Shown in pieces: positions 9,052 through 21,080 of a stretch of DNA of 64,000 nucleotides (the first letter of the stretch is position 1; every line of letters starts with the position of its first letter). Position numbers and translations under genes: made by a program. A model generated the notes under the pieces. That model saw nothing but the letters and a program-made list of their open reading frames with translations. It made no database searches and had not been told where the DNA came from. The DNA comes from Escherichia coli (GTDB lineage: Bacteria; Pseudomonadota; Gammaproteobacteria; Enterobacterales; Enterobacteriaceae), in the NCBI RefSeq assembly GCF_003018255.1, contig NZ_CP027440.1; one strand, given 5' to 3'.

Positions 9052-9966
9052 ATGAAGAAATTTGATGTCGCCGCTTTAGGCAGTGGAAATATAGATATTT
9101 TTTTATCTATCCCGTCACTCCCCACTCGTGGCGGTAAAGTTGTCGGGACACGTCTGGGTGAACAAGCTGGCGGCACAGTCGCCAACAGTGCCTGTGCGAT
9201 GGGACAACTGGGTCTCAATGTGGTATCTGTTTCATGTGTGGGCAATGATCATTCAGCCTCGATCATTCTTGATGGATTTAAAAAATATCATGTAAATTGT
9301 GATTTCGTTCAGGTAATTCCGGAATTGATTGCCAATACCGCGATTATCTTTATTGATGAATTAGGTGAAAAAACGTTGGTTTACTCGCCTGGTAGTGATC
9401 ATGAGTGGGATAAAGAAAAAGCCCTGCAGGCAATTGCGCAAAGCCGTTATTTTTATACGATGCCAGCAGATATCGAGAAATTTCGTATGCTGGCCGAATA
9501 TTCCCGTAGCCAGATGACAAAAGTTGTCGTTGATATTGAGCCTCATATCATTGCAACACCTGAACACCTTGCCAGAATTTTACACCTTGCTGATATTGCG
9601 ATATTTAATTATGACGGTTTTATTCGTGGCTATGCAACAGAGCCAGATTTTACACTTCTGCATGATATACAAGACGAGTATCAACTTGACGCTGTCGTGG
9701 TTACGCTGGATGTTAGGGGAGTAATTGCAGTCAAAGGCAATGAGCAAGTAAAAATAGGTAGTTATACAATTCCCGTTATTGATACCACAGGCGCTGGAGA
9801 TACTTTTAATGGTGCATTTGTTTATAGCTTAATAAAAAATATGCCCTTAATTGAAGCACTAAAATTTGCTTCTGCCACAGCAGCAATAAATATTACTGCA
9901 TTAGGTGCCAGAGGTCATCTGCCGACACCATCGGAGGTTAATCTTTTTCTTTCACAACACGACTAA
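9052..9966 (+). CDS. PfkB-family carbohydrate/nucleoside kinase (ribokinase-like)
   Basis: About 304 aa taking Met at 9052, 5 nt after the SIS stop (the ORF-track start 8998 is an upstream extension); PfkB signature DTTGAGDTFNGAF and N-terminal AALGSGNIDIF. Confidence 0.85.
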   Translation: MKKFDVAALGSGNIDIFLSIPSLPTRGGKVVGTRLGEQAGGTVANSACAMGQLGLNVVSVSCVGNDHSASIILDGFKKYHVNCDFVQVIPELIANTAIIFIDELGEKTLVYSPGSDHEWDKEKALQAIAQSRYFYTMPADIEKFRMLAEYSRSQMTKVVVDIEPHIIATPEHLARILHLADIAIFNYDGFIRGYATEPDFTLLHDIQDEYQLDAVVVTLDVRGVIAVKGNEQVKIGSYTIPVIDTTGAGDTFNGAFVYSLIKNMPLIEALKFASATAAINITALGARGHLPTPSEVNLFLSQHD

Positions 9967-9993
9967 AATCATATATATACAAAGGTAAATATC

Positions 9994-11118
9994 ATGAAAA
10001 TAAGATATGCCGCTATTTTTCTGGCATTACCGCTGTTATGCACAACAGCGCAGGCAAACAGTTTTCTTCATTATGCTGGGGAGTTTAACTTCCGGACGGG
10101 AGAAAAGCAGAACAATGTCACAATCGCGGGGCTATCAGCCATCACATTTGATGCAAAAAAAAATATTTTCTATGCTATTAACGATAGCAGAAACAATAAT
10201 AAAGAAGGAGATGCCAGTCTTTATACACTAAAAATACAGGTATCATCCAGGGGCATTGAGCAAGTGAATTTTCTCAACCAGCGTCCACTGCTTGATGCAA
10301 AACAGCAACCTTTCGTGACCAATACGGTGGATGCCGAAGGTCTGGCCCTGACACACAATGGTAAATCATTACTCTGGAGTTCGGAGTTAGGTGCTCCACT
10401 GCGTCTGAGCACTCTCGATGGCGTAATGGAGAAAGATTTTACGTCTTTATTTCCTGCTCGCTTTAATATTAGTTCTGACAAAGAGAGCAGCAATGGTATT
10501 CGCAGCGGCAACGCCTGGGAGGGCCTGACAGTTACACCAGATGGAAAATCACTTTTTATCGCCGTTGAAAGCAGCCTTAAACAGGATGGGCCTATTGCAA
10601 GTCCAATAAATTCAGGCACATCACGCTTACTGCAATTTTCTATAGATGCAGACGGTCGACCTTCAAAGCAATTGCATGAATATCTCTATATTACTGATCC
10701 TGTTCCGCAAGTGAGTAAGTTCGGTATTAATGATAATGGCGTATCCGAGGTCATGGCGCTGAATGATCACCAATTGTTGGTCATCGAACGTTCCGGCAGA
10801 AACGTCAGTGCTGGGTTCAATGACTGGGATTACTCTGTCAGAGTTTATATGGTCGATTTAACTGCTGCCAGCGATATCAAGAATATTGACAGTCTGCAAG
10901 ATTGGTCCAATAAATCCACGTTACAACCCGTCAGTAAAAAATTATTAATTGATTTTGCTGATTACACTTCCTCTGCGGATTGTATTGAAGGGGTAACCTT
11001 CGGTCCTCTGATTGATGGGCATACATCGTTAATATTTGTATCTGATAATAATTTCCAGCCCCATCAACAGACGAAATTTTATCTATTCATTGATAAGGAA
11101 AACAAACTTAAAATTTAA
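9994..11118 (+). CDS. secreted protein of unknown function, possibly phytase-like/beta-propeller esterase fold (tentative)
   Basis: 374 aa; N-terminal signal peptide (LALPLLCTTAQA); AT-rich codon usage; function inferred only from general resemblance. Confidence 0.5.
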   Translation: MKIRYAAIFLALPLLCTTAQANSFLHYAGEFNFRTGEKQNNVTIAGLSAITFDAKKNIFYAINDSRNNNKEGDASLYTLKIQVSSRGIEQVNFLNQRPLLDAKQQPFVTNTVDAEGLALTHNGKSLLWSSELGAPLRLSTLDGVMEKDFTSLFPARFNISSDKESSNGIRSGNAWEGLTVTPDGKSLFIAVESSLKQDGPIASPINSGTSRLLQFSIDADGRPSKQLHEYLYITDPVPQVSKFGINDNGVSEVMALNDHQLLVIERSGRNVSAGFNDWDYSVRVYMVDLTAASDIKNIDSLQDWSNKSTLQPVSKKLLIDFADYTSSADCIEGVTFGPLIDGHTSLIFVSDNNFQPHQQTKFYLFIDKENKLKI

Positions 11119-11213
11119 AGTCAAACTATAGATACAAAAACATTCTAATACATGGAATCATCAGATGGTGTATTCGATCACCAAAAATATATTTTATTCT
11201 GAAAGGGAATATT

Positions 11214-11948
11214 ATGAATTCTTATCTTAAAATATCACTTGCAGGAATAACAATGTTATCCTGCCTGTCACCTACACTAGTCTGTGCAGAACAGCCGCAT
11301 GGATTTATTGATTATCGCCATGAGTATCTTGATGATACTCGCACCCACGCGGACCGCGTTGAATTTGGTACATTTTTTAGTAATGGTATCGGTTTGATGG
11401 GAGAATTACGCTATAACACCGATGAAGGTGATAAAGATAAGTGGGACCCCTCACAATTTGGCAATAACGGAACAGGATTATCTGTTGTTTACCGCTTTAA
11501 GCCGCTGGATGACAAAAAATTCTGGTTAGAACCCATGTTCTGGCTTGATACCACGCAATATTGGTCAACTTACGAATATGGTCTTTCTGCGGGTTATGAC
11601 TTCAGCAAAGAATGGAAAGTTTCAGGTCGGTTTCGTTATGACATGGATAAAGCCACCGATAAATCCAAAGGTTATGGCAACGATGATCGTAATAACCGCC
11701 GTTACGATGTGTGGATCGACTATCGACCACAAAAAACCAACTTCCAATATCAGTTAAACCTGGTCTATTACAATAATGGTTATTTAACCTGGAATGATGG
11801 CCATAAAAACTATACCGCATCATTTAAAGTAGGGTACAAAATGGGATCGTGGATACCCTATATGAGTATTGCGGATTATAAAGGTGTGGATAAAACATCA
11901 AGTAATCGCCAAATCCGCTGGCGCTGGGGTCTGACTTATACTTTCTAA
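11214..11948 (+). CDS. small outer-membrane beta-barrel protein, KdgM/NanC-like porin (tentative)
   Basis: 244 aa; signal peptide; alternating aromatic/hydrophilic strands; C-terminal WRWGLTYTF ending in Phe as in OM barrels. Confidence 0.5.
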   Translation: MNSYLKISLAGITMLSCLSPTLVCAEQPHGFIDYRHEYLDDTRTHADRVEFGTFFSNGIGLMGELRYNTDEGDKDKWDPSQFGNNGTGLSVVYRFKPLDDKKFWLEPMFWLDTTQYWSTYEYGLSAGYDFSKEWKVSGRFRYDMDKATDKSKGYGNDDRNNRRYDVWIDYRPQKTNFQYQLNLVYYNNGYLTWNDGHKNYTASFKVGYKMGSWIPYMSIADYKGVDKTSSNRQIRWRWGLTYTF

Positions 11949-11961
11949 TCTGGAATAAAAA

Positions 11962-12831
11962 ATGAATAATAAATTTAAAATCATTCTCTGGATGATGCTC
12001 TCTGCTCTGCCTGCTTTATCTTACGCACAGGTAAAAAATATAGTTACTGGCGAATATAGTGCGGTCAGTAAAATTATCACAGAAAAGGAAACTCTCTATC
12101 CATCCGATAAGATATTATTGGTTTTTGACATTGATAACACGTTATTAACGAGTGGCACTCGCATTGGCGGTGATATCTGGTATCAATGGCAAACCGATAA
12201 ATTGCCTTTAAAGCCGGATGACTCGCAAAAAGTTCCTTGCCTGTATGAAAATACAATCAGTATGCTTTACGAACTTAGCCCTATGCAGCTTACCGAGCCA
12301 CAGTTACCGACAATGTTAAAACAGTGGCAACAAAAGCATACCGCTTTTGCTCTGACATCCCGTGCACCGGATACTCTCTTTCCGACATTGCGGGAATTAA
12401 AGCGAAACGGCATTGATTTTTCGTCTTCCGCACTCAGGAAGAAAGAGGATACTTTGCCACCCTTTGAAAAAGGGAAACTCAAACGGTCATGGCTGTACAG
12501 CCAGGGGGTATTTTTTTCTTCCGGGCAAGATAAAGGCGTAATTCTCGATTATATGCTGGATAAAATGGGGAACAAATATGACGCGATTGTTTTTATCGAT
12601 GACGGGCAAGCAAACATTCATGCGATGACGAAGATGTTCTCTAAGGATAAATGGTCCTCTACGGATTTTACCATTATTCACTATACCAGAGTGGAGGATG
12701 AGCTTATTAAACAACAAGGTGCAGTAATAACAACTGCACAAGCAGAAAAAATGGCTACGGACTGGAAAACTCTGGCTGGTTCGCTGGCAACACTATTTCC
12801 AGATCGTAATAAACTGTGCCCAATAAAATAA
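11962..12831 (+). CDS. secreted HAD-superfamily phosphatase (acid-phosphatase-like)
   Basis: 289 aa; signal peptide; HAD motif I LVFDIDNTLL and motif IV-like VFIDDGQAN. Confidence 0.55.
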   Translation: MNNKFKIILWMMLSALPALSYAQVKNIVTGEYSAVSKIITEKETLYPSDKILLVFDIDNTLLTSGTRIGGDIWYQWQTDKLPLKPDDSQKVPCLYENTISMLYELSPMQLTEPQLPTMLKQWQQKHTAFALTSRAPDTLFPTLRELKRNGIDFSSSALRKKEDTLPPFEKGKLKRSWLYSQGVFFSSGQDKGVILDYMLDKMGNKYDAIVFIDDGQANIHAMTKMFSKDKWSSTDFTIIHYTRVEDELIKQQGAVITTAQAEKMATDWKTLAGSLATLFPDRNKLCPIK

Positions 12832-12839
12832 TCAACGAC

Positions 12840-12868
12840 AACCCGGCAAAACACATGTTTGCCGGGTT
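12840..12868. terminator. bidirectional hairpin between the accessory operon and parE
   Basis: AACCCGGCAAA-acacatg-TTTGCCGGGTT perfect 11 bp stem between convergent genes. Confidence 0.55.
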
Positions 12869-12875
12869 AAGATTA

Positions 12876-14771
<1,896 letters not shown>

Positions 14772-14796
14772 TTAAGTTAGCAATTCGAGTTGATCG

Positions 14797-15378
14797 TCAG
14801 AGATGGTGCAGACCAAGAAAATCGACGATCGGGTTGAAATAATCTTCGAAGCCCGTGAATGCGTGGTTGCCGCCTTCTATGACAGTCTGGCGGCAGGAAG
14901 CGTAGTACGCCACCGCCTGGCGGTAATCCAGCACTTCATCTCCCGTCTGTTGCAGCAGCCAGATCAAATCCGGCGCTTCCAGCGGGTCAATCTGCATGAC
15001 TTTGAGATCGTAAATATGGCGTGACTCTAGCACATATTGCTGCCCGGTGTAGGGGTTCTCGTTCTGACCGAGATAGTCCGTCAGCAGTTCAAACGGGCGC
15101 ACCGCCGGGTTTACCACCACTGCGGGCAGCATAAAACATTGCGACAACCAGGTGGCGTAATATCCCCCCAGTGACGAACCGACAATACCCAGCGAATCGC
15201 CGCCATGTTCCAGGACAATGGATTCCAGCAGTTCTGCCGCATCGGAAGGATACGGCGGCAACTGCGGGATGATCATCTCAACGTCAGGGTGATGTTCCGC
15301 AAGCCAGTTTTTTAACAAGCTCGCTTTTGCAGAGCGCGGCGAGCTGTTGAAACCGTGTAAATAAAGAAGCGTAGACAT
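14797..15378 (-). CDS. yqiA: esterase YqiA
   Basis: 193 aa alpha/beta hydrolase ([10 protein letters not shown]); conserved position upstream of parE. Confidence 0.85.
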   Translation of the reverse strand: MSTLLYLHGFNSSPRSAKASLLKNWLAEHHPDVEMIIPQLPPYPSDAAELLESIVLEHGGDSLGIVGSSLGGYYATWLSQCFMLPAVVVNPAVRPFELLTDYLGQNENPYTGQQYVLESRHIYDLKVMQIDPLEAPDLIWLLQQTGDEVLDYRQAVAYYASCRQTVIEGGNHAFTGFEDYFNPIVDFLGLHHL

Positions 15379-16205
15379 CAGTAGCCTTCTGAAGCGGTAT
15401 CAGGTTGGAAACGTGTGTCCGCCAGGCGATGCACCTCGGTGGTCAGCGTGCCATCAGCATGTAACTCGAGAGTACGCCAGCCGGGCGCGATGGTGTCCAG
15501 CGTAAAGTTGGAACAGTGCGGCTTAAACTGCACACAGGTCGACGGCGTTGCCAGCAAGCGGCGACCGTTCCAGTCGAGATCCAGCTCCTGATGAATATGA
15601 CCGCACAGCAAGTATTTGACGTGCGGAAACTTCGCCAGCACGGTATCCAGTTCGCCCGCGTTACGCAGGCTGTGTTGATCAAGCCAACTACAACCCGCAG
15701 GTAGCGGATGATGATGCAGCAGCAGCAACGTATGGCGTTCTGGCGCATCGGCCAGTTTACGTTCCAGCCACTCAAGCTGAAACTCGCTCAGCTCACCGTG
15801 CGGCACGCCAAACACCTGGCTATCCAGCAACAGGATTTGCCATTGCTCACCAATAAACACCCGCTTCGCCGGGGAGATACCCGCATCCTGTAACGCGCTG
15901 TACATCGCGGGCTGGAAATCGTGGTTGCCCGGCAGCCAGACGCAGGGCGCACGAAAACTTGCGATGCCTTCAGCGAAATGCTGATAGGCCGCAGAGGATT
16001 GATCCTGCGCTAAATCACCTGTCGCGACAATCAGGTCGAATTCGTGCTGGTGTGGACGAATCGCCTCCAGCACCGCCTGGTAGCTTTCCCAGGTGTTTAC
16101 CCCTAACAGGGCTTCGTGCTTTTGTGCAAACAGGTGAGTGTCGGTAATTTGTAAAATCCTGACTCTGGCCTCACCAGCCAGAGGAAGGGTTAACAGGCTT
16201 TCCAA
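15378..16205 (-). CDS. cpdA: 3',5'-cyclic AMP phosphodiesterase
   Basis: 275 aa metallophosphoesterase (GDLAQD, GNHD motifs); synteny. Confidence 0.9.
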   Translation of the reverse strand: MESLLTLPLAGEARVRILQITDTHLFAQKHEALLGVNTWESYQAVLEAIRPHQHEFDLIVATGDLAQDQSSAAYQHFAEGIASFRAPCVWLPGNHDFQPAMYSALQDAGISPAKRVFIGEQWQILLLDSQVFGVPHGELSEFQLEWLERKLADAPERHTLLLLHHHPLPAGCSWLDQHSLRNAGELDTVLAKFPHVKYLLCGHIHQELDLDWNGRRLLATPSTCVQFKPHCSNFTLDTIAPGWRTLELHADGTLTTEVHRLADTRFQPDTASEGY

Positions 16206-16229
16206 ATGGTGTCCTTAGGTTTCACGACG

Positions 16230-16652
16230 CTAGTAAACCGGAATCGCCATCGCTCCATGTGCTAAACAGTATCGCAACCAGTCCGCTAAAAACTGGTTAA
16301 TTTGATGCTTTTCGTCGCGTTGATGCAACTTTTTATTAGGATAATCATACCGCGCTTTGAAGCGAAAAATCTGCTGGCTTGAACACACTTCAGCCACCAT
16401 CGCGTCATGATACAGACGCACCGTCATTGACGGAAGGCTCCAGTAACTGATCGCGGGCGCAGTCTGTTCTATTGTCACCAGGGTAGTGTATCGGGTCGAT
16501 TCCACAATCGTCAGCCGATATTGTGCGTTTGCCACCTGATAGCTTACAGTTTCGCCGGGTGCGTCATTGCGCGGTAACAAACGGCGCAATTGTGAAAAGT
16601 TCATCTCGCACAGGCGCATCATTTCAGGAAAGTCAGGTGTGTAACGCTTCAT
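16230..16652 (-). CDS. yqiB: DUF1249 protein YqiB
   Basis: 140 aa; conserved position between cpdA and nudF. Confidence 0.8.
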
Positions 16653-17282
16653 TTATGCCCACTCATTTTTTAACGCTTGATGATGCAGCTGCAGCCATTG
16701 CAAAGCGATGACCGACGCTGCGTTGTCGATTTTCCCCTCTTCTACCCACTGGTATGCCTGTTCCCGGCTTACCACATGAACGCGAATATCTTCGTTTTCA
16801 TCAGCCAGACCGTGAATACCGCTTGCGGTCGTGGCGTCCACTTCGCCCACCATAATTGACGAACGCTCACTGGTGCCCCCCGGGCTTGCCAGGAAACTTA
16901 ACACCGGTTTGGTCCGTTTGACTATCAGTCCCGCCTCTTCAATCGCTTCGCGACGGGCAACATCTTCCACACTTTCACCCTCTTCAATCATCCCGGCAAC
17001 CATCTCCAGTAGCCAGGGGGTTTCGCTAGTGTCGTACGCGGCAATTCGAATCTGCTCAATCAGCACAACTTCATCACGCACTGGGTCAAAGGGTAGCAAG
17101 ACTGCGGCGTGACCGCGCTCAAAAATTTCCCGCCGTACCTCATGACTCATTTGCCCGTTGAATAGACGATGACGAAATCTATAAAGATCTAATGAAAAAA
17201 AGCCGCGATAAAGTGTTTCTCGTGCAATAATTTCTACATCGTTTTTGCCAAATGTAACGGGCAGGTTGTCTGGCTTAAGCAT
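16653..17282 (-). CDS. nudF: ADP-ribose pyrophosphatase (Nudix)
   Basis: 209 aa; Nudix box ([22 protein letters not shown]); synteny. Confidence 0.9.
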
Positions 17283-17486
17283 TGTTAATGTCCTGGCACT
17301 AATAGTGAATTAAATGTGAATTTCAGCGACGTTTGACTGCCGTTTGAGCAGTCATGTGTTAAATTGAGGCACATTAACGCCCTATGGCACGTAACGCCAA
17401 CCTTTTGCGGTAGCGGCTTCTGCTAGAATCCGCAATAATTTTACAGTTTGATCGCGCTAAATACTGCTTCACCACAAGGAATGCAA

Positions 17487-18968
17487 ATGAAGAAATTGCT
17501 CCCCATTCTTATCGGCCTGAGCCTTTCTGGTTTCAGTTCGTTGAGCCAGGCCGAGAACCTGATGCAAGTTTATCAGCAAGCACGCCTTAGTAACCCGGAA
17601 TTGCGTAAGTCTGCCGCCGATCGTGATGCTGCCTTTGAAAAAATTAATGAAGCGCGCAGTCCATTACTGCCACAGCTAGGTTTAGGTGCAGATTACACCT
17701 ATAGCAACGGCTACCGCGACGCGAACGGCATCAACTCTAACGCGACCAGTGCGTCCCTGCAGTTAACTCAATCCATTTTTGATATGTCGAAATGGCGTGC
17801 GTTAACGCTGCAGGAAAAAGCAGCTGGGATTCAGGACGTCACGTATCAGACCGATCAACAAACCTTGATCCTCAACACCGCGACCGCTTATTTCAACGTG
17901 TTGAATGCTATTGACGTTCTTTCCTATACACAGGCGCAAAAAGAAGCGATCTACCGTCAATTAGATCAAACCACCCAACGTTTTAACGTGGGCCTGGTAG
18001 CGATCACTGACGTGCAGAACGCCCGCGCACAGTACGATACCGTGCTGGCGAACGAAGTGACCGCACGTAATAACCTTGATAACGCGGTAGAGCAGCTGCG
18101 CCAGATCACCGGTAACTACTATCCAGAACTGGCGGCGCTGAATGTCGAAAACTTTAAAACCGACAAACCACAGCCGGTTAACACGCTGCTGAAAGAAGCC
18201 GAAAAACGCAACCTGTCGCTGTTACAGGCGCGCTTGAGCCAGGACCTGGCGCGCGAGCAAATTCGCCAGGCGCAGGATGGTCACTTACCGACTCTGGATT
18301 TAACGGCTTCTACCGGGATTTCTGACACCTCTTATAGCGGTTCGAAAACCCGTGGTGCCGCTGGTACCCAGTATGACGACAGCAATATGGGCCAGAACAA
18401 AGTTGGCCTGAGCTTCTCGCTGCCGATTTATCAGGGCGGAATGGTTAACTCGCAGGTGAAACAGGCCCAGTACAACTTTGTTGGTGCCAGCGAGCAACTG
18501 GAAAGCGCGCATCGTAGCGTCGTGCAAACCGTACGTTCCTCCTTCAACAACATTAATGCTTCTATCAGTAGCATTAACGCCTACAAACAAGCCGTAGTTT
18601 CCGCTCAAAGCTCATTAGACGCGATGGAAGCGGGTTACTCGGTCGGTACGCGTACCATTGTTGATGTGTTGGATGCGACCACCACGCTGTACAACGCCAA
18701 GCAAGAGCTGGCGAATGCGCGTTATAACTACCTGATTAACCAGTTGAATATTAAATCAGCTCTGGGTACGTTGAACGAGCAGGATCTTCTGGCACTGAAC
18801 AATGCGCTGAGCAAACCGGTTTCCACTAATCCGGAAAACGTTGCCCCGCAAACGCCGGAACAGAATGCTATTGCTGATGGTTATGCGCCTGATAGCCCGG
18901 CACCCGTCGTTCAGCAAACATCCGCACGCACTACCACCAGTAACGGTCATAACCCTTTCCGTAACTGA
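17487..18968 (+). CDS. tolC: outer-membrane efflux channel TolC
   Basis: 493 aa from MKKLLPILIGLSLSGFSSLSQA; the ORF-track start 17448 is an upstream extension. Confidence 0.97.
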   Translation: MKKLLPILIGLSLSGFSSLSQAENLMQVYQQARLSNPELRKSAADRDAAFEKINEARSPLLPQLGLGADYTYSNGYRDANGINSNATSASLQLTQSIFDMSKWRALTLQEKAAGIQDVTYQTDQQTLILNTATAYFNVLNAIDVLSYTQAQKEAIYRQLDQTTQRFNVGLVAITDVQNARAQYDTVLANEVTARNNLDNAVEQLRQITGNYYPELAALNVENFKTDKPQPVNTLLKEAEKRNLSLLQARLSQDLAREQIRQAQDGHLPTLDLTASTGISDTSYSGSKTRGAAGTQYDDSNMGQNKVGLSFSLPIYQGGMVNSQVKQAQYNFVGASEQLESAHRSVVQTVRSSFNNINASISSINAYKQAVVSAQSSLDAMEAGYSVGTRTIVDVLDATTTLYNAKQELANARYNYLINQLNIKSALGTLNEQDLLALNNALSKPVSTNPENVAPQTPEQNAIADGYAPDSPAPVVQQTSARTTTSNGHNPFRN

Positions 18969-19115
18969 TGACGACGACGGGGCTTCGGCCCCGTCTGAAC
19001 GTAAGGCAACGTAAAGATACGGGTTATCTGCCGCATTCTTCCCCCTTCTCGCTTCAATTTCGACCAGCCATCCTCTATTCTGATGGGTATTTACCACTGG
19101 TCCCGGAAGACAAAA

Positions 19116-19787
19116 ATGAAACGGACAAAATCCATACGCCACGCATCGTTCCGCAAAAACTGGAGCGCACGCCATCTGACACCAGTCGCTCTCGCGGTTG
19201 CCACTGTTTTTATGCTGGCTGGCTGTGAAAAGAGTGATGAAACAGTGTCTCTCTATCAAAATGCTGACGACTGTTCAGCTGCAAACCCAGGCAAAAGCGC
19301 CGAATGTACCACCGCGTACAACAATGCGCTGAAAGAAGCCGAACGTACTGCGCCGAAATACGCCACTCGTGAAGACTGTATTGCTGAATTTGGCGAAGGT
19401 CAGTGCCAGCAGGCACCAGCCCAGGCTGGCATGGCACCGGAAAACCAGGCGCAGGCCCAGCAATCCAGCGGGAGTTTCTGGATGCCGCTGATGGCCGGTT
19501 ACATGATGGGTCGTCTGATGGGCGGCGGTGCGGGATTTGCACAGCAGCCGCTGTTCTCCTCGAAAAACCCAGCCAGCCCGGCTTACGGTAAATATACCGA
19601 CGCGACGGGTAAAAACTATGGCGCAGCCCAGCCAGGCCGCACCATGACCGTACCGAAGACAGCCATGGCACCAAAACCGGCGACCACCACTACCGTTACC
19701 CGTGGCGGTTTTGGTGAATCTGTTGCCAAACAAAGCACTATGCAGCGTAGCGCAACCGGCACCTCTTCTCGTTCAATGGGTGGCTGA
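19116..19787 (+). CDS. ygiB: DUF1190 lipoprotein YgiB
   Basis: 223 aa from [12 protein letters not shown]...; lipobox LAGC; tolC-ygiBC synteny. Confidence 0.8.
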   Translation: MKRTKSIRHASFRKNWSARHLTPVALAVATVFMLAGCEKSDETVSLYQNADDCSAANPGKSAECTTAYNNALKEAERTAPKYATREDCIAEFGEGQCQQAPAQAGMAPENQAQAQQSSGSFWMPLMAGYMMGRLMGGGAGFAQQPLFSSKNPASPAYGKYTDATGKNYGAAQPGRTMTVPKTAMAPKPATTTTVTRGGFGESVAKQSTMQRSATGTSSRSMGG

Positions 19788-19792
19788 TACCG

Positions 19793-20953
19793 ATGGAAAG
19801 AGTCAGTATTACCGAGCGCCCGGACTGGCGTGAGAAAGCCCACGAATACGGTTTCAATTTTCACACCATGTACGGCGAGCCGTACTGGTGTGAAGATGCT
19901 TACTACAAGTTGACCCTCGCCCAGGTTGAAAAGCTGGAAGAAGTCACCGCCGAACTGCACCAGATGTGCCTGAAAGTGGTGGAAAAAGTGATCGCCAGCG
20001 ATGAGCTGATGACCAAATTCCGCATTCCAAAACACACCTGGAGTTTTGTGCGCCAGTCATGGCTGACGCACCAGCCATCGCTTTATTCGCGTCTTGATCT
20101 GGCATGGGATGGCACTGGTGAACCTAAGCTGCTGGAAAATAACGCCGATACGCCAACGTCACTATACGAGGCGGCGTTCTTTCAGTGGATCTGGCTGGAA
20201 GATCAGCTTAACGCCGGTAACTTGCCGGAGGGCAGCGACCAGTTTAACAGTTTGCAAGAAAAGCTGATCGATCGCTTCGTTGAGCTGCGTGAACAGTATG
20301 GCTTCCAGTTGCTGCATCTCACCTGCTGTCGCGACACGGTGGAAGATCGCGGAACCATTCAGTATTTGCAGGACTGCGCGACGGAAGCTGAAATCGCTAC
20401 CGAGTTCCTCTACATCGACGATATCGGGTTAGGTGAAAAAGGTCAGTTCACGGATTTACAGGATCAGGTGATTTCCAACCTGTTCAAGCTGTATCCGTGG
20501 GAATTTATGTTGCGTGAGATGTTCTCCACCAAGCTGGAGGATGCAGGCGTACGCTGGCTGGAACCGGCGTGGAAGAGCATTATCTCCAACAAAGCGCTTC
20601 TACCGCTACTGTGGGAGATGTTCCCGAAACACCCGAACCTGCTGCCCGCTTATTTTGCGGAAGATAATCATCCGCAAATGGAAAAATATGTGGTTAAACC
20701 GATCTTCTCCCGTGAAGGCGCAAACGTGTCGATCATTGAGAACGGCAAAACCATTGAAGCAGCGGAAGGTCCGTATGGCGAAGAAGGGATGATTGTTCAG
20801 CAATTCCACCCGTTACCGAAATTCGGCGACAGCTATATGCTGATTGGTAGCTGGCTGGTGAACGATCAACCTGCCGGAATTGGCATTCGTGAAGACCGTG
20901 CATTGATCACCCAGGATATGTCTCGGTTTTATCCGCATATTTTTGTTGAGTAA
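19793..20953 (+). CDS. ygiC: glutathionylspermidine synthase-family ATP-grasp protein YgiC
   Basis: 386 aa; synteny after ygiB. Confidence 0.85.
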   Translation: MERVSITERPDWREKAHEYGFNFHTMYGEPYWCEDAYYKLTLAQVEKLEEVTAELHQMCLKVVEKVIASDELMTKFRIPKHTWSFVRQSWLTHQPSLYSRLDLAWDGTGEPKLLENNADTPTSLYEAAFFQWIWLEDQLNAGNLPEGSDQFNSLQEKLIDRFVELREQYGFQLLHLTCCRDTVEDRGTIQYLQDCATEAEIATEFLYIDDIGLGEKGQFTDLQDQVISNLFKLYPWEFMLREMFSTKLEDAGVRWLEPAWKSIISNKALLPLLWEMFPKHPNLLPAYFAEDNHPQMEKYVVKPIFSREGANVSIIENGKTIEAAEGPYGEEGMIVQQFHPLPKFGDSYMLIGSWLVNDQPAGIGIREDRALITQDMSRFYPHIFVE

Positions 20954-20964
20954 TACAGCTTAAT

Positions 20965-20990
20965 ATTGCCCCGATAAGCGGGGCAATCTC
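20965..20990 (+). terminator. rho-independent terminator after ygiC
   Basis: ATTGCCCCG-ataa-GCGGGGCAAT stem followed by a T-rich tract. Confidence 0.6.
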
Positions 20991-21048
20991 TTATAATCCA
21001 CCATTCATAATTCCCATCAATATATAAACACATACATATCCAACCTTT

Positions 21049-21080
21049 ATTTAACATTAATACTCAATTTAATGTTAAAT
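21049..21080. promoter_or_regulatory. perfect 12 bp inverted repeat (ATTTAACATTAA-N8-TTAATGTTAAAT) in AT-rich region upstream of assT
   Basis: Arms are exact reverse complements, separated by tactcaat; about 360 bp upstream of the assT start. Confidence 0.3.

Noticed and set aside
18968-19228. 86 aa ORF between tolC and ygiB (possible ygiA) and the GACGGGGC-ttcg-GCCCCGTC hairpin at 18976-18995
   Set aside because: The ORF is Arg/Pro-rich with no recognisable features and overlaps the ygiB start region. The hairpin has no T-run, and tolC-ygiBC are thought to be co-transcribed.
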